Origin: Chrysomallon squamiferum
Lineage: Eukaryota; Animalia; Mollusca
Length of the DNA: 64,000 bases
NCBI GenBank assembly: GCA_012295275.1
Contig: CM022670.1
Span: 6,634,001 to 6,698,000, forward strand
Direction: 5' to 3'
In this document: piece after piece, positions 1 through 48,140 of the stretch
How positions within the stretch are numbered: the first letter of the stretch is position 1
Layout of the letters: the number at the start of each line of letters is the position of its first letter
Notes under the pieces: generated by a model
Told to the model about the DNA's origin: nothing
What the model saw: the letters and a program-made list of their open reading frames with translations, nothing else
Databases searched by the model: none
Program-made: the position numbers and the translations under genes

Positions 1-59
1 TGGTGCGGATTTCGTGGATTGTTGAACTGTCTGAAATGGTCCATAGGTCCGTTTGTTTG
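1..59 (-). CDS. TDRD3: TDRD3 exon 13 (partial, runs off the window)
   Basis: A poly-T/ccag acceptor at 60-61 is followed by the open frame [19 protein letters not shown]. Confidence 0.8.
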
Positions 60-3000
60 CTGGGAAAAAAAAAAAAAAAGAGGATAAAAAATAAAAATCA
101 GAAATAAATATTTTTACTTTGCTGTAAAAAAAAAAAAAATAATAAAGGTCAAATATTTTATAAAACATAATTGTTTTTTTCATACAATTTTACTGATTTA
201 TTTTTTTTTATTTCAGCTCTTGAATTAAGAATCTTTATTATTTTTTATTTATTTTATTGGTTGACACTTTTATGAATGATTTGATGCTAAGACAGGTGAA
301 CTGCAGCTTTCTTATTCCTAACCAAGCTTTTGTTATTACTGTAGAACTTTATTATCAGCAAAGTTAATAAAAACAAGTACACATGCAAAATATATTTAGG
401 ATATTTCTTCACTTCATCAGTTACTTTAAAAATAACACAAAAAAGTAATTATTTGCCTATGTAAGCAAAATTTCATTTTTAGATTTTTTACTTCAGATTT
501 CAGGAATACCAGTTCTTCATTTTTAATTAAAGACAACTCACCCAGTTTGTTTTCATTGGTCTAATGTCAGTCAGTAAAACCTCTTCTGCATTTCCATACT
601 CGACAAATGTGACAATACACGTACCAACATCCACGGCCATCTTCTCAATGCGAGACGGGTAAAACTGAAATCACAAAACACTAACTCTAGATATATGTTC
701 TAACATCTCTGTTTTTATTCCCAGTTCTACAGAAAGTCAGTGAAAACAGTCATTAATGTTACACTGAATTTTTCACCAAAGTTAAGTGACAATAAACTTT
801 CTAGAAAGCTTCTCAGTATATTAATTTTAAATTATTTAAAAACATCTAGTAAATAATGAAAAAATTTGCTTGAAACTATCATCATTCCTATCATATAACT
901 GTTAATATAGCATTAATGAGAGAATACTTATAAACACAAACATGCATGCACACCCATGCCCACAAACTCATCAATGAATGATTTAGTCATTAAGAGAGTT
1001 TTTAGTACCTTTTTATAATGTTACACAATTATTTATCTTTCATAAGTCATAGATTTTTATTGACTAAAATCAAACATGTTTAAACATGTTAATACTCACT
1101 CTGTTATCTTCCCAGTACTTGGCCAGACACATATCTCCTTCCTTCCAGGCCCTTGTGTCTCTCGACTGAAAAAATTATCACTTTGTAAATATATCACAAG
1201 CATACAGCTATACATTCTTTTTACAGGTTTTCTTACTAGTTTTGAAAAGTTTAAGTTTAATGGCTCAATTTTCCTTGATATTTATCAAAATGACATTTAA
1301 TTTTTTCAGCAGAATACAAGCATATTTCTGAATATTTGTGAATGTGTGTGTTTTTGTAAACATGAAACTTTTATCTTGGTTTTATTTTATTAGCTAAAGC
1401 ATTATTTACAAATTAAAATATTTTATTATTTAACATTTTGTTATGAGATACAGTGAAATTTTAAATAATAAATAAATTTACATACCCAATTATTCTGACC
1501 ATCATTTGCTTTCATTCTTCCTGAGTCAGAAGTCCACTTTTCACTTTGTCCTTCATTCCGTCTGTCTTTTGGGTTGGTTTGCCTGTCTTTTGGTTTACTT
1601 TGTTTGTTGTTTACAAAATGGCTGTCCTGTCGTGAATCATAAGACGAATTGTCTTCGTCATAATAATTCTGCCTGGTGGGATTCTGTGCTCTGTTCTGAG
1701 TGCTGGAGCTATCTGGACGGTTTTGATTTCTTTCAGACGGTTTCCTGATGTTTCCCGACTCTGGCCGTTTAGAAGAATTAAACTGTGATCTGTCCTGTGA
1801 GTTGGAAATGTTGTTGTAAGCAGGTTGACTAGACGTGTTTCTAGACTGGTTAGAATACTGCTTGAAGTCTTCTCTCCTTGGGTTCAAGTCTTGTTTGTTA
1901 ACTAGCCGAGGTGGCAGGTTCTGTTTGCGGTTTGGATGACTGTGACTGGCGGTGTCGTCACTGCTGAATTGTTGCTGTTGTTGCTGTTGCTGTTGCTGTT
2001 GCTGTTTGCTGGTTACTGAATTACTGGAAGAGTTGGGATTTCTGTTTTCCGTGTTTGATTTTGATCCTCTACTGGTGTTTGTCATTTCCTTAACACCGTT
2101 CACCTTTTTCTCTGTGTAACAAAAATCAGTGTTAGAAGCTTTGAAAATTACAGCTTTGTGGTACAGAGAGTTTATTTTCTAATAAACAAACCATTAAAAA
2201 ATATTTTTTAAATAATAATAATAATAATAAAATCAAAATGGAGAGAAAAAATATTTATTAAATGAATATATATATATATTTTTAAATGTTTAACATCGAT
2301 ATCTCGGCCTAGGTTACCAACAGAATTTAATAAAATAAATAAATAAATAAATAAACCAAATAATGTGTACACTTAAAAACAACTAATTTTATTCTTCTAG
2401 GTTCAATCCTAATTACAATAAAATAACTATATCAAGGAAAAATTTGTTCTTCAGTGTTCAAACAATACACAAAAGAGGAATGCTTAACTGTGAAATGTCT
2501 GCCATAATAAATTTAACAAAATAATTGAAAGACAGAAAACTAAGATAGTAAAAAAAAAGAAACAATTTAAATGTTATCCAAGTATAAAATATTTTGATAG
2601 GACTGTTTGTATTAGAATTATAGTATTATTCCTAATATATTAAAATTATAATACAATTACTATTAAAACTATGACACTATTACTGTAAGAACACTGTAGT
2701 AATATAAAACCTTCTTTGACAGGTATTTTAGTTGTGAGAAAATCAAACAAAGTAGCTGGACCACTGGGTCGACTTGAAGCACTGTCTTCAAAGTCTTCAT
2801 CTCTACCTCGTCTACCACGGCCACCTGAAAATTATCATCATCTACAGCTGTCAGTAAAAACTCAAACAGAACAACACAAGAACAGATATTATGTAGTAAC
2901 AAAACTTCATTGTTTACAGTTTGCTGGTATAAAGATATTTTATTTATTCAATATCACCTAATTAGTTTGCAAGTATTTCAGGTCTTGCTTTTTTTTTTTT

Positions 3001-6000
3001 AAAATTATTTTTGTTATTATTGTTATATTTGGGATTTGTTAAGAAAAAAAACTATCGTCTTTTTATAATCTGGTGTGACAAGAATTAAACATTATTTTCT
3101 AAAATTCCTGCATCCATATATCTATTGTGAACTGTTGCATGAAGAATAAAGTTAATGAAAGCCAACAAATTAAAAACATCACAAACCTGGCTTCTGATCT
3201 TTCCTCTCACTGCTTTCAAATTTGCTGCCTTGTGCTCTGTCTCCACGGTCACCTCGATCAAACCTGTTGCCATGGTCACCACCTGGAGCTCTTTCATTTC
3301 TTTCAAAACGTCCACCTTGGTAACCCCTGCCCCCACCTCTCCCTCCTCTGTCGTTATACCTGTCCCTGGATTCTCCGTTGCTAAGCAACATGTGTGTGGA
3401 TGCAGTAACGTCCCCACCAGACTGTTTCAAAGCCTCCATTGCTTGATCAGCAGTAAATCCCATTTCAACAATTCTTGCCACATCTTTGTCATTCACGCTC
3501 TACATAATCATATAACACTTTAATTTTAAATGACTTGATTATTTAAAATCTTTAGTATTAGTTAATTCTTATATAATATGTAACTGACTCTACATAATCA
3601 GAGAAAAACTTTAATTTTTAAAATACTTGATTATTTAAAATCTTTAGTACTGCTTAATTCTTAAGTAGAATCTAACTGGAAAACACAAGACACACTTAAT
3701 ATCTTGCACGCACTACAATGAATAGCTATTTGTGTAGTACTACAATTTTACAGTAATTTTAACATATCAAAAACCATCACCAGATACATGATGATCATTT
3801 ATTTTGGTAACATCTTATTTCTTTATAATCAAAACTATATATATATTCTGCAGTTTTTTCTTTAAAAAAAAAATCTATTTAGTTTTATTATCTTTTTGAA
3901 TTCTGACCCCAGATTTATACTTGTGTAAAAGGTCAGAGACTTTTTTTAATAAAAGACAGAGATAGAAAGTAATTTACCCTTAATTTTATCTGGTTAAATT
4001 TAAGTTAATAAAAATTACCTCATTTATATTAAAAATTGTTGCAAACGTTTAACACTTACCCCTTTAGCACCAAATGTTTTAGTTTTTCCTCCTTCCTTGG
4101 CCTGCAAAGCCTCCGCTATTGTTGCCTGTCTCTGATGATCAAACTCTGTCTCCTCTGTCTTCTCCTTGTTAGTTCCTAGAGACTTGAAATTCTCCTTCTT
4201 CTCTGCAACTTCAAGAAACAAACAACCAAATAATAATAAAAAAATGAGTTATTATAAGATGTTTTAAGTGTGTAACTAAAATACTGATAAATTATGTGCT
4301 ACAGCAAAACTGGCTTGTCATGTTTCCCATTGTCATTTAAAAAATTACAACATTTAACAAAGAGTTATTTCAAAGGTATTTTAATCATTAGGTGCAAGGA
4401 TAATTATTTTTATATACTCTTTACAGAGAAGGAAAGCATACAACCATCATCATCATTTCTACCATCAGTGAATTCAAATGGTAATCATCTTTAATGTAAC
4501 TTCAAAATAAAACAGTTTAGATGTCAATCACAAAAAACTGAACTAAACAGTTTCAACTGAACATCAAGTGTTGTTGTTAAGTTTACTTTACCCTTCTTCG
4601 TATCTTTCAGAATTTGTTGAATTTTCTTTCCAAACGGTACAAATGGCGGAGGTCCACCCTCTGACTGGATATTTGATCTGTTTTGTTTGGCAAGTTTCTG
4701 AAATAAATAATAGCAAGTTCAACCTGCATAAACTGATGATCATCATCATGTCAGCTACTGTCAGGATTCTCAGTATAATTAAACTATAAATTTTAAAAAA
4801 TATATAAAAAATATATTTGCATGAAGGAATTAAAATGATTTTTACTTTTGTTGATAAATTTACTGTCAAACAAAATAAAGATGAGAATTATGAAGAAAAA
4901 AAAAAAAAAAAAAAAAATGTAATTAACTACAGATGACATCTAAGTTCAAATTAGAAACAATTAAACTAAACTGTGTTCAGGTTTAATGGAATAAATATTT
5001 TAAAATACTGAACATCTCAAAGACAATTACCCTCTTGAATTCCCAATTTTCAGCCATCTGATCAACTCTTCCTCCGAGAAGTTTAAAATTTTTGTTTGAC
5101 AACAACAGGAAGCTGTTTTCAACACCAACAGTTCCATCAAGAAGTACTTTAGACCCTGGTGCAGTGTTCAAACTGAAAATATTCATCTTCTGTTCTAGAT
5201 TAAGTTCTTAATTGCTGAATTTAATATTTCTCACTTAAGCTGAATCATTTTGAACTATTGTGAAGTAAAAAAAACCATGAATGAAACAATCTGGATTTGG
5301 CATAATTCTGTTATTTCAACTTAAGACAATAGAAATTCCATTGTATACAAACTTAATGAAACCATTTTTTCTTAACAAAATCAAATTCTGATATTTTAAA
5401 ACTGTTATATCAGTAACTATATTTTTAAACAAAATATACCTGATGTTCTTCAGATTTTCAGTTTCTATGGCAATACAAGTAAGATGGCCATCAGTAAGAC
5501 ACAGTTTGAGAAGTCTTGGTGCTGCCTGTGATTGTTCATTTTCTTTTGGAGCTGCGATATTCCTTAGTTTCTGAATCTGAAGAACAGCTGGACCCTGGAG
5601 CTGAAAAACACAGACATTACACTGAAATAAAAGAACTGTTTTCAACTGGTCCTCTACAAATATTTTATTAAAAATCTAAACAAAAAAAAAATAAATAAAT
5701 AAAGAATGAACCTTTAGTATATTCCAGACGAAACAAGTTTACAGCCAAATTATGATAAAGTTCACATGTTTGATATTAAAGTAACTCTGTTCAAAAGTTT
5801 CATAATTAAACTAGTTAACATTACAAAAATAAATCTATACACCATTGTTTATGTAGAAATATTTAATAACATTTCAACTGAAGAATCTTATTAACTACTA
5901 TAGTATCAGTATAAAAAATTGAATTGTAGCACAAAGAAAATTGTTTCAAAAGAGGGGTAATTTAATAATTATTTTGTTAACTTACATAATCAACCCTGCC

Positions 6001-7596
6001 ACGACACAATTCTTCAGGTAACCATTTTTCACCAATTTCTTTCAGATCAGTCTTAAAAAACAAAATATATTAGTAAGAAAATTTCATTCAACACTTGACT
6101 TCATTTTACATATTAATAATTACTAGGTATTAAAACACAATTTTCAAAATATGAAAATAATTGTAAAAATAGAATGATGTAAAATAATTTTTTGTTAAAA
6201 AGCAGCACATGTAAGGAATTCTTCTACTATCATTTGTATCTCTGTCGATTGCTCTTACTGACAAATGATCAGATTCTAAAGTTGTTTTTAACTTCATCTT
6301 CTAAGTTTCAGCTTCTCAAAAACAGCTTTGAAATGCACATGTATAACACAGTCAGGATTGGGAAAAACCTCAGTGAGTGCACTGATCAATCCAGTGACTG
6401 TCACTATTATACAGTTACAGTTCACGTGTTGCCTACACACGTGCGTGTGTGTGTGTGTGTGTGTGTGTGAGTGTGTCTGTGTATGTCCTTAACCTTATAA
6501 AATTCTTTATGATCAAAATGCATTTTAAAATTTATTTTTCTCTTACATCTAAAGCATTCTTCTCAGTCTGGTCTGCTCCCTTCTTTCCATCTTCTGAACA
6601 CTGCTGCAAACCTTCTTGAGAAAGATGCCTGGAAATATTACATTAATATGATATGCAAGGCTATTCATAGGATGTTACATAATAATAAAAGATATTTTCC
6701 AAAAATGTCTAAAAAATAAAGGTTATGGTTATAGTTTATTCATGCGCACATTATTATTAACTTATCAAGCTGTTGTCTTCTGAAATAAGAGACCAGATTC
6801 CAAAAATTAGAATTAAAAACAACAAAATATGCAAATAACAAGATTTAAATGGTTCTCACTTATCATTTTTTTTTTTTTTTTTAAATTTGTAAATTAGGAA
6901 ACAAAAGAAGAAAAGTATAAAATTAATTTGTGTCTGATTTTAATTTAAAAAAGAGAAAATTCCAGATAGATGACAAAGAAAAAAAATAAAATCTGAAAAC
7001 ATAAACTTTCAACTTTCAATATAAAAATATAAAAAGAATATATTTTATTTCAATATCTTTCCTTCAATTTATATACAATAATAATAATTTACAAATTAAA
7101 CTTTCGGTGAAAAATAATGTATCTGCTTATTTTATCATTATATATATGTGTGTATATACTTTTTTTTCACTCAGGTTCAACTCTTGACAGACTTCAAATT
7201 TGAGCAAGTGCTCTATCAATGACTGTCTATGGACCATCAAGTTAATGATGATGCACAGATTATTTATTATTTTTATTTATGGAGTTGCTTTATATTTACT
7301 TTTGTCAGTTTAATTTTAAAGTTATGTGGCTGGTGCCACTTCTCTTTTTACGAGATCGCACCGACTGACGCCAGTGACGGTAAGAAAACAAAATCAACAT
7401 GACATTTTTTAACATAGACATTCAAAATCTTATCATCGAATCTTTCGCATTTCTTTGTGTCTCTTGTGAAGCCTTTGCACTAAACCTACTTAATTTTAAA
7501 AATAATAAAATGATGACTCATAAGTGTGACAAAATAATTTGCATAGATATTTTCGCAAACTAACCAGCCTCTCCTTGCCAATACATCACCCGCCAT
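1..7596 (-). CDS. TDRD3: Tudor domain-containing protein 3, multi-exon gene, 3' end outside the window
   Basis: There are 13 GT-AG exons with consistent phases (about 677 codons in window). Motifs match TDRD3: [31 protein letters not shown] (OB-fold), [25 protein letters not shown], and Tudor [18 protein letters not shown]...[12 protein letters not shown]. Confidence 0.96.
542..664 (-). CDS. TDRD3: TDRD3 exon 12 (Tudor, C-terminal half)
   Basis: Encodes [41 protein letters not shown], donor gtgagt. Confidence 0.94.
1100..1165 (-). CDS. TDRD3: TDRD3 exon 11 (Tudor, N-terminal half)
   Basis: Encodes [22 protein letters not shown], donor gtgagt. Confidence 0.93.
1486..2111 (-). CDS. TDRD3: TDRD3 exon 10 (low-complexity N/Q/S/R linker with poly-Q)
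   Basis: A 626-nt open frame between AG and GT, in phase with both neighbours. Confidence 0.9.
2711..2824 (-). CDS. TDRD3: TDRD3 exon 9
   Basis: Encodes GGRGRRGRD...[16 protein letters not shown], phase 1 to 1. Confidence 0.92.
3187..3499 (-). CDS. TDRD3: TDRD3 exon 8 (UBA domain plus RGG repeats)
   Basis: Encodes the UBA segment [33 protein letters not shown], followed by RGGRGGGRG. Confidence 0.93.
4060..4202 (-). CDS. TDRD3: TDRD3 exon 7
   Basis: Encodes [14 protein letters not shown]...KTKTFGAKG, phase 1 to 0. Confidence 0.9.
4592..4697 (-). CDS. TDRD3: TDRD3 exon 6
   Basis: Encodes [25 protein letters not shown], with AG/GT borders. Confidence 0.93.
5031..5172 (-). CDS. TDRD3: TDRD3 exon 5 (OB-fold)
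   Basis: Encodes [13 protein letters not shown]...[17 protein letters not shown], with AG/GT borders. Confidence 0.95.
5440..5600 (-). CDS. TDRD3: TDRD3 exon 4 (OB-fold)
   Basis: Encodes [38 protein letters not shown], with AG/GT borders. Confidence 0.95.
5986..6051 (-). CDS. TDRD3: TDRD3 exon 3 ([22 protein letters not shown])
   Basis: AG/GT borders and the conserved TDLxxIG motif. Confidence 0.92.
6547..6628 (-). CDS. TDRD3: TDRD3 exon 2 ([11 protein letters not shown]...NALD)
   Basis: AG/GT borders, phase 2 to 0, similar to the TDRD3 N-terminus. Confidence 0.9.
7565..7596 (-). CDS. TDRD3: TDRD3 coding exon 1 ([11 protein letters not shown])
   Basis: The start context is aagATGgcg and the donor is TG|gttagt. 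Phase 2 joins the next exon to give the conserved GWxLSxEG. Confidence 0.85.
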
Positions 7597-7640
7597 CTTC
7601 CTGCATCGTTGTAATCCTTTCTGTGATTGGTCAATTTCTA
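7588..7640 (-). promoter_or_regulatory. TDRD3 proximal promoter/TSS region
   Basis: A YY1-like AAGATGGCG overlaps the ATG, and a CCAAT box lies about 30 nt upstream on the minus strand. The context retains CpG. Confidence 0.5.
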
Positions 7641-7778
7641 GTCTGGACTGGTAGCATTCTAACACCTTATATCTGTACCGTATTCTTAAGAGAAGAAAAG
7701 TTATAACAATTTTATTTAAAAGTTTATTTTAAAAGGTTATTTATAATTTGCGGGTTGATTTTTTATTTATTTATTTTA

Positions 7779-7818
<40 letters not shown>

Positions 7819-9389
7819 GTTTCATTTTCTGTAATATTCTGCAATAACTGAATTTAGAAAACCGTATAAAATAATCACAGTGCAATAGTAATGCAAAATG
7901 TAGTTGATCATTTTCATATTTAAAGAAGAAATAAAAATTAAAAAATACTAATCATTACAATTTTAACTAAAACTCTCTCTCTCTCTCTCTTACAAACATC
8001 ACACGTAATATTTTACCTGCGGCGTCTTTTATTTGAACTTAGAACATCAAGCGAAGGATGTTAATCGCGGACAGTAGTGTGAAATCACGTAAGTTTTGTA
8101 GATTCTCTCAAGTGCGCATGACTAAATTTTGTCCAGAGCGGAATTTCATTTGTGTAGTTATTCAAACACAATGCCTACTAAACGTTAAAAATGTTTTTCT
8201 TTAAAATTTTCTTTATTTATTCAGTTTCATTTAACACATCCTCACTAACATTAACAACAATGACGTTTTAATTTCATTATTGTAAATATTCTGCATGCCG
8301 TTTTCCATTGCATTCGAGGAAAATACATTGGTAAATAATAATGAACGTATTTACAGATAAGCACACACACAACTCTTGAAATTGATCTAAATATATATAC
8401 TTATTATTTAGATGCTATTAAAACATTGATGATTGTGTTTAAGATACTGACTACATTTATGTCAACGTCTGCAAAAGTTTATACATTATATATTTTAAAA
8501 TAAATGAGAATGTTATTTCACTGCCATCAGTAATAACACGAACAAAAACAACAATAATAATAATAATAAAACTGTCTAAAAATACAATGTATTTATTTTA
8601 GAATACTTTTTACTTTTGTTACTAAAGGATGTGAATATTTTGAATGATTTGTTATTTTTGTTATTTCATTATTTATTAATTTGTTTACTGTTCTGTATTT
8701 CTGGCAGCGTTATTTTTCAAAAGTCTAGTTTCTGATGCATTCAGTCCGATCATTTTATACTTTCTTAAGTGAAAGTTCTTAGTCGATGATTCATTTCTCT
8801 TTGTGTTGCGGATTTCCGAACCAGAAATGTGCTGTATATTGAAACAAGTCGAGTTAAATTATTACTGTGAGTTTCACTGCTGATAATATATTTATTCATA
8901 GCCTACATTTATTTCCCGTTAAACTCAATAGTATTAATCCGTGTAAATATTTCAGCTATAGATAATAATAATATATAGATAACAGAGACGACGTAGTTAT
9001 CTATGCGACACTATAGTCTATACCATTTTAGCATGTACTTTCTTAGGCACCGAAAGAAAATTACATTTATATTAAGAAGTAATCATGAGTTATTTCGCTC
9101 TGGTATATATTTTCGGGTATTCTTCGGGGGTAGTCAACCAAAAATAATCCCTTTTCCATATCCAGATAAGAATCGTAAGATGGTCCCGAATCAACTGCAG
9201 AAACAAAGTAATTTAAACTAAAAACAAGGCTCTTAAAATACTAGCTGAAAGTTCATTCCCACTTCTAAAGCTCGGTCATTAACTAATCATGGTGTCAATG
9301 GCGTTTAACACTCCGTTTTATCAAGTTAAACATTCCACAATATTTAGTCTGCGGCATTACAGTATGTATTGCTAATGTCGAAAACTTTT

Positions 9390-9660
9390 CTAAATGAACC
9401 AATCAGAAGGTGTTTACTTACAATATTCTGATTGGTCCTCCGAAAGGGAAAACCCATGTTCGGAAATCCTCGGTGAAAATCGGATTGTCGGATGATTCTT
9501 TATCCGGTCTCTGTTCTTTGTCCTACACCCATTTGTAATGAAGAAGTGGATTGGACGATATATATATATATTTCTATATATCTATTTTATTTTGGCTTTG
9601 ACACAGTGACCTTTGACATATTCCTTAAGTTCTAAAAATGGCGGAAAGCGATGATTAAAT
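9390..9660 (+). promoter_or_regulatory. Formin gene proximal promoter
   Basis: Three CCAAT/ATTGG boxes (about 9399, 9431 and 9550) and a YY1-like AAAATGGCGG at about 9635. CpG-rich, about 300 nt upstream of the inferred ATG. Confidence 0.55.
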
Positions 9661-9928
9661 GGGGTAGTGCGTTACTTGAATCTGTGTTAAAGACTTGTCT
9701 TTTGTATACATAAGCTTTTATGTCTGTGATTTCTAAGGTTATTTCGTTCACCAGTGTTGAACTGGTTTACTTCATGCCTGGAGGCTTATGAAAGTTATTG
9801 CTGCGTGAGTTTTGTTATACCACCTGTGTTTACTGGCCAACACGGAATGCAGTTCTCACCTTAATTTAATGTATCTGCACAGATGTGATTTCTGATTGTC
9901 ATCGAGAGTCAGACAGTGATTTATCAAG

Positions 9929-45124
<35,196 letters not shown>

Positions 45125-45374
45125 CATGTTAGTAAATTTTCAAAAAAGGATAATATTACACATAGGGACAAAACTGTATATAGAAACATTATATATTGTT
45201 ACTATACATTGAGACATTTCCTATATATAGAGACAGTAAATGTATTGGAAAACATTTACTATGTATATAGAGACAGTGAATGTATAGGGAAATATTTACT
45301 ATACACAGAGATAGTATAGAGTTGTTATTACATATAGAGTAACTGCAAAATAACTATATAGACAAACAGTAAGG

Positions 45375-45419
<45 letters not shown>

Positions 45420-47408
45420 TGTATGTATACACACACTAAGTTTTTTAAAGACAAGAAATTTGTGTAGGAGGAAGAACTATACAATAACTTTCTTTGGGAA
45501 CAATATCTATAAACAGCAACAAGAACTCTTTGATAGGACTAATAAGTATATACATAGAGACATTAACTTTATCATAGCAGCTATACATAGAAGAGCTGTA
45601 CATAAGGGGTCAGTAACTACTTAGAGACAAAACTATATGTAAAAGAGAGCTATATGTAGTATCTTGTATATAAAAAGAGAGACAGCTATATATAGTAACA
45701 TGTATATTTTTGTGACATTTCACTCGGCATTCACACAGCTTCATTCCATAATCATGTTTGTCCAATGCTTCCACATTGTGCGTGTGTTATACCACAGAAT
45801 AGCTTAACAGTTCTGCAGTATTCAAAATTCTGAAAGTACAGCATCTTCCTAATATTGTTAATGGCCAAGAGTTTTCTAGCAACCAAATTCAAACAGTTTC
45901 GATTCGTTTGTCTTTGGTTTTGGGTTTTTTTTCAAATAAGACCATCAAATGTTTTTTCTAGATAGCTGTAGATTTTAATAAAGGCATTTGCAGTTTGGGC
46001 CAAACATTCTGTCACATGTAGTCTTGTGTGATACACTGTGCAGCTGTCTTTGTATCTGTCGCTCACTGCTTCCACTGATGCATGTGATACCAAGAGATTT
46101 CCTCCAGAGAGAACTGTTCTGAATGAGTCATCCTGGCCAAGTCTTCCTAAAACATTCTTTATGTTTTAGCATTTTTGTCCAGGTTAACGGCGACATAGTC
46201 TTCTGATAACAGTTATAAAAGTCTGTTTGTGTCGCATGTTTGAAAGGACAAGATGTTACTTTAGTAGCTGAGAATGACTGGAAAAACAACAGCATTTATA
46301 CCATTTTCAACTTATCATCATTTTTCAAAGAGAGAAACGTGAAAATGTTATTGCTAAATTCACTTCATCCCTTGTCCAATGCATTGGTTTCATTTATTAC
46401 AATTTTAAGTTATTCCAGAATTGACAAAAAAAGAAAGAAAAAGAAATCAAATATATCATAGAGTTATTTTCATGCTGGATATCACTTGTTGGAAATGAAA
46501 CGGCAAATCTTCAATATTTTTATACTTGAACTTTTCTTCATGGTGCCCACTGGATAAAATTAAATCAATATTTGACTGGTCCAAGTTTGTTTTTTGTTTG
46601 GTAGATAACATCTCATTGTGAAATAAAACCTCTTTAATTATACACAGACATAATTATTACACAACCATAAAACATAACCATATCAAAAAACATAAAACTA
46701 TACCATTAAACATATAAATGTGTACATTCTCTCTTTCTCTCACATACACACTGAGATGTCTTTGTGTATCTGTTATATCCCCATAAATGAGTCCAGTTTT
46801 ACTGATTATATTTTATTGATGACATATTTTATACATAGATATCTCATGTATTTGTATATTAATATATAATTGTACATAAACATACATAAATATATATGTA
46901 TAGCAGCTTGTCTATTCCAATTGCTCATTATGTATATATCTATAGATATATATATGTAAACAGCATGGTGGCCTGTTCTTGTATCATACTAATGTATAGT
47001 TTTATATATGAGAACACTATTTTCCTATTCTTGACAAGCTCTGGTTATTGTATGGTGGCACACTGTATGTCATGTAAATAGTGATGGCTTCACTGTAAAA
47101 CTGTTTTTCTTTTTTCTGTTAAGTAACCTCTGTGATATATTCAACCAGCTATTAAGTATCTGTAGCATGTGTAAACTAGGTCATATTCAGTAATAGTCTT
47201 AGCTTTGTTTTGTTTTTTTTGTTTTGTCTTTCTGTAGGTGTTTTTCTCTACAGCTGCTGGTTTTGCTTCATGATAAAGTTGAAAAAAAAAGAGAAGTTTC
47301 TGTTTGGTTGTGTGTAGCTTAGTCATTAAAGGAGTATAACTGGAATTTTAAAATCAGTTTTTTTTTTTTTTCTTATTTCTATTTTTAAAATTATTGTTAT
47401 TATTACTG

Positions 47409-47440
<32 letters not shown>

Positions 47441-47703
47441 GTCATCATCAACCATCACCATTATTATTATTACCATCATCATCATCATCATCGTTTGTTA
47501 TTATTGATATTTTAAAGGTGTGCTACATATATTTTTGAATCTAGTTGAAATTGAATAGAAGACGTCTGCTACCTGAGCTAAAATATTTTATTTTGTATCA
47601 GCTGACTGATATTAGTAACACTTACAAATTACTTTGTTGTTATTCTCATAAATGGGCTGTGCTTCCATGACAGTGAATACTGAATTCTGTTTTGTGTGTC
47701 TAT

Positions 47704-47734
<31 letters not shown>

Positions 47735-48097
47735 AAAGAAAAGGTAGAGAGAGAGAGAGAGAGAGAACTTGAGCTTGTAAAGGCTAGCTTCATTTCATTG
47801 CTGTTTTGTGCCAGGCTCCAGAGTTCTTTCTAAGAGTTAAACAGTGCCTGTGGTTGCTGTTACCACTAGACAAGTACTATACTATTCCACTGAAATATCT
47901 GTCACTGATAATCGCTAGCCGATTCATACTGAGAGGTGTGCCTTTCTTTCGCTGTTTTCCTGGTGAAAAAAGAAAAAGAAAAAAGAAATGTATTTATATG
48001 CTGAAAGGCTTTGCTTCACCTTTATCATCTTAATGTATTAATTTTCTGTATCGCTGGCTCATCACACTCTTTCTTTATACACAGTTTCTTATGACGT

Positions 48098-48140
48098 AAT
48101 AAACAAATAGGAATCCATATTCGTTTTCTTGTTTTTGTTA
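48098..48140 (+). terminator. Probable distal polyadenylation signal of the formin (3' UTR about 3 kb)
   Basis: AATAAA at 48098 is followed by a GT/T-rich tract and coincides with the end of CpG depletion. Other AATAAA hexamers occur near 45977 and 46622. Confidence 0.45.

Noticed and set aside
3266-3390. X-box-like palindromes (GTTGCCATGGTCAC, GTTGCTAAGCAAC) in TDRD3 exon 8
   Set aside because: They fall within coding sequence and can be explained by codon content. There is no independent support.
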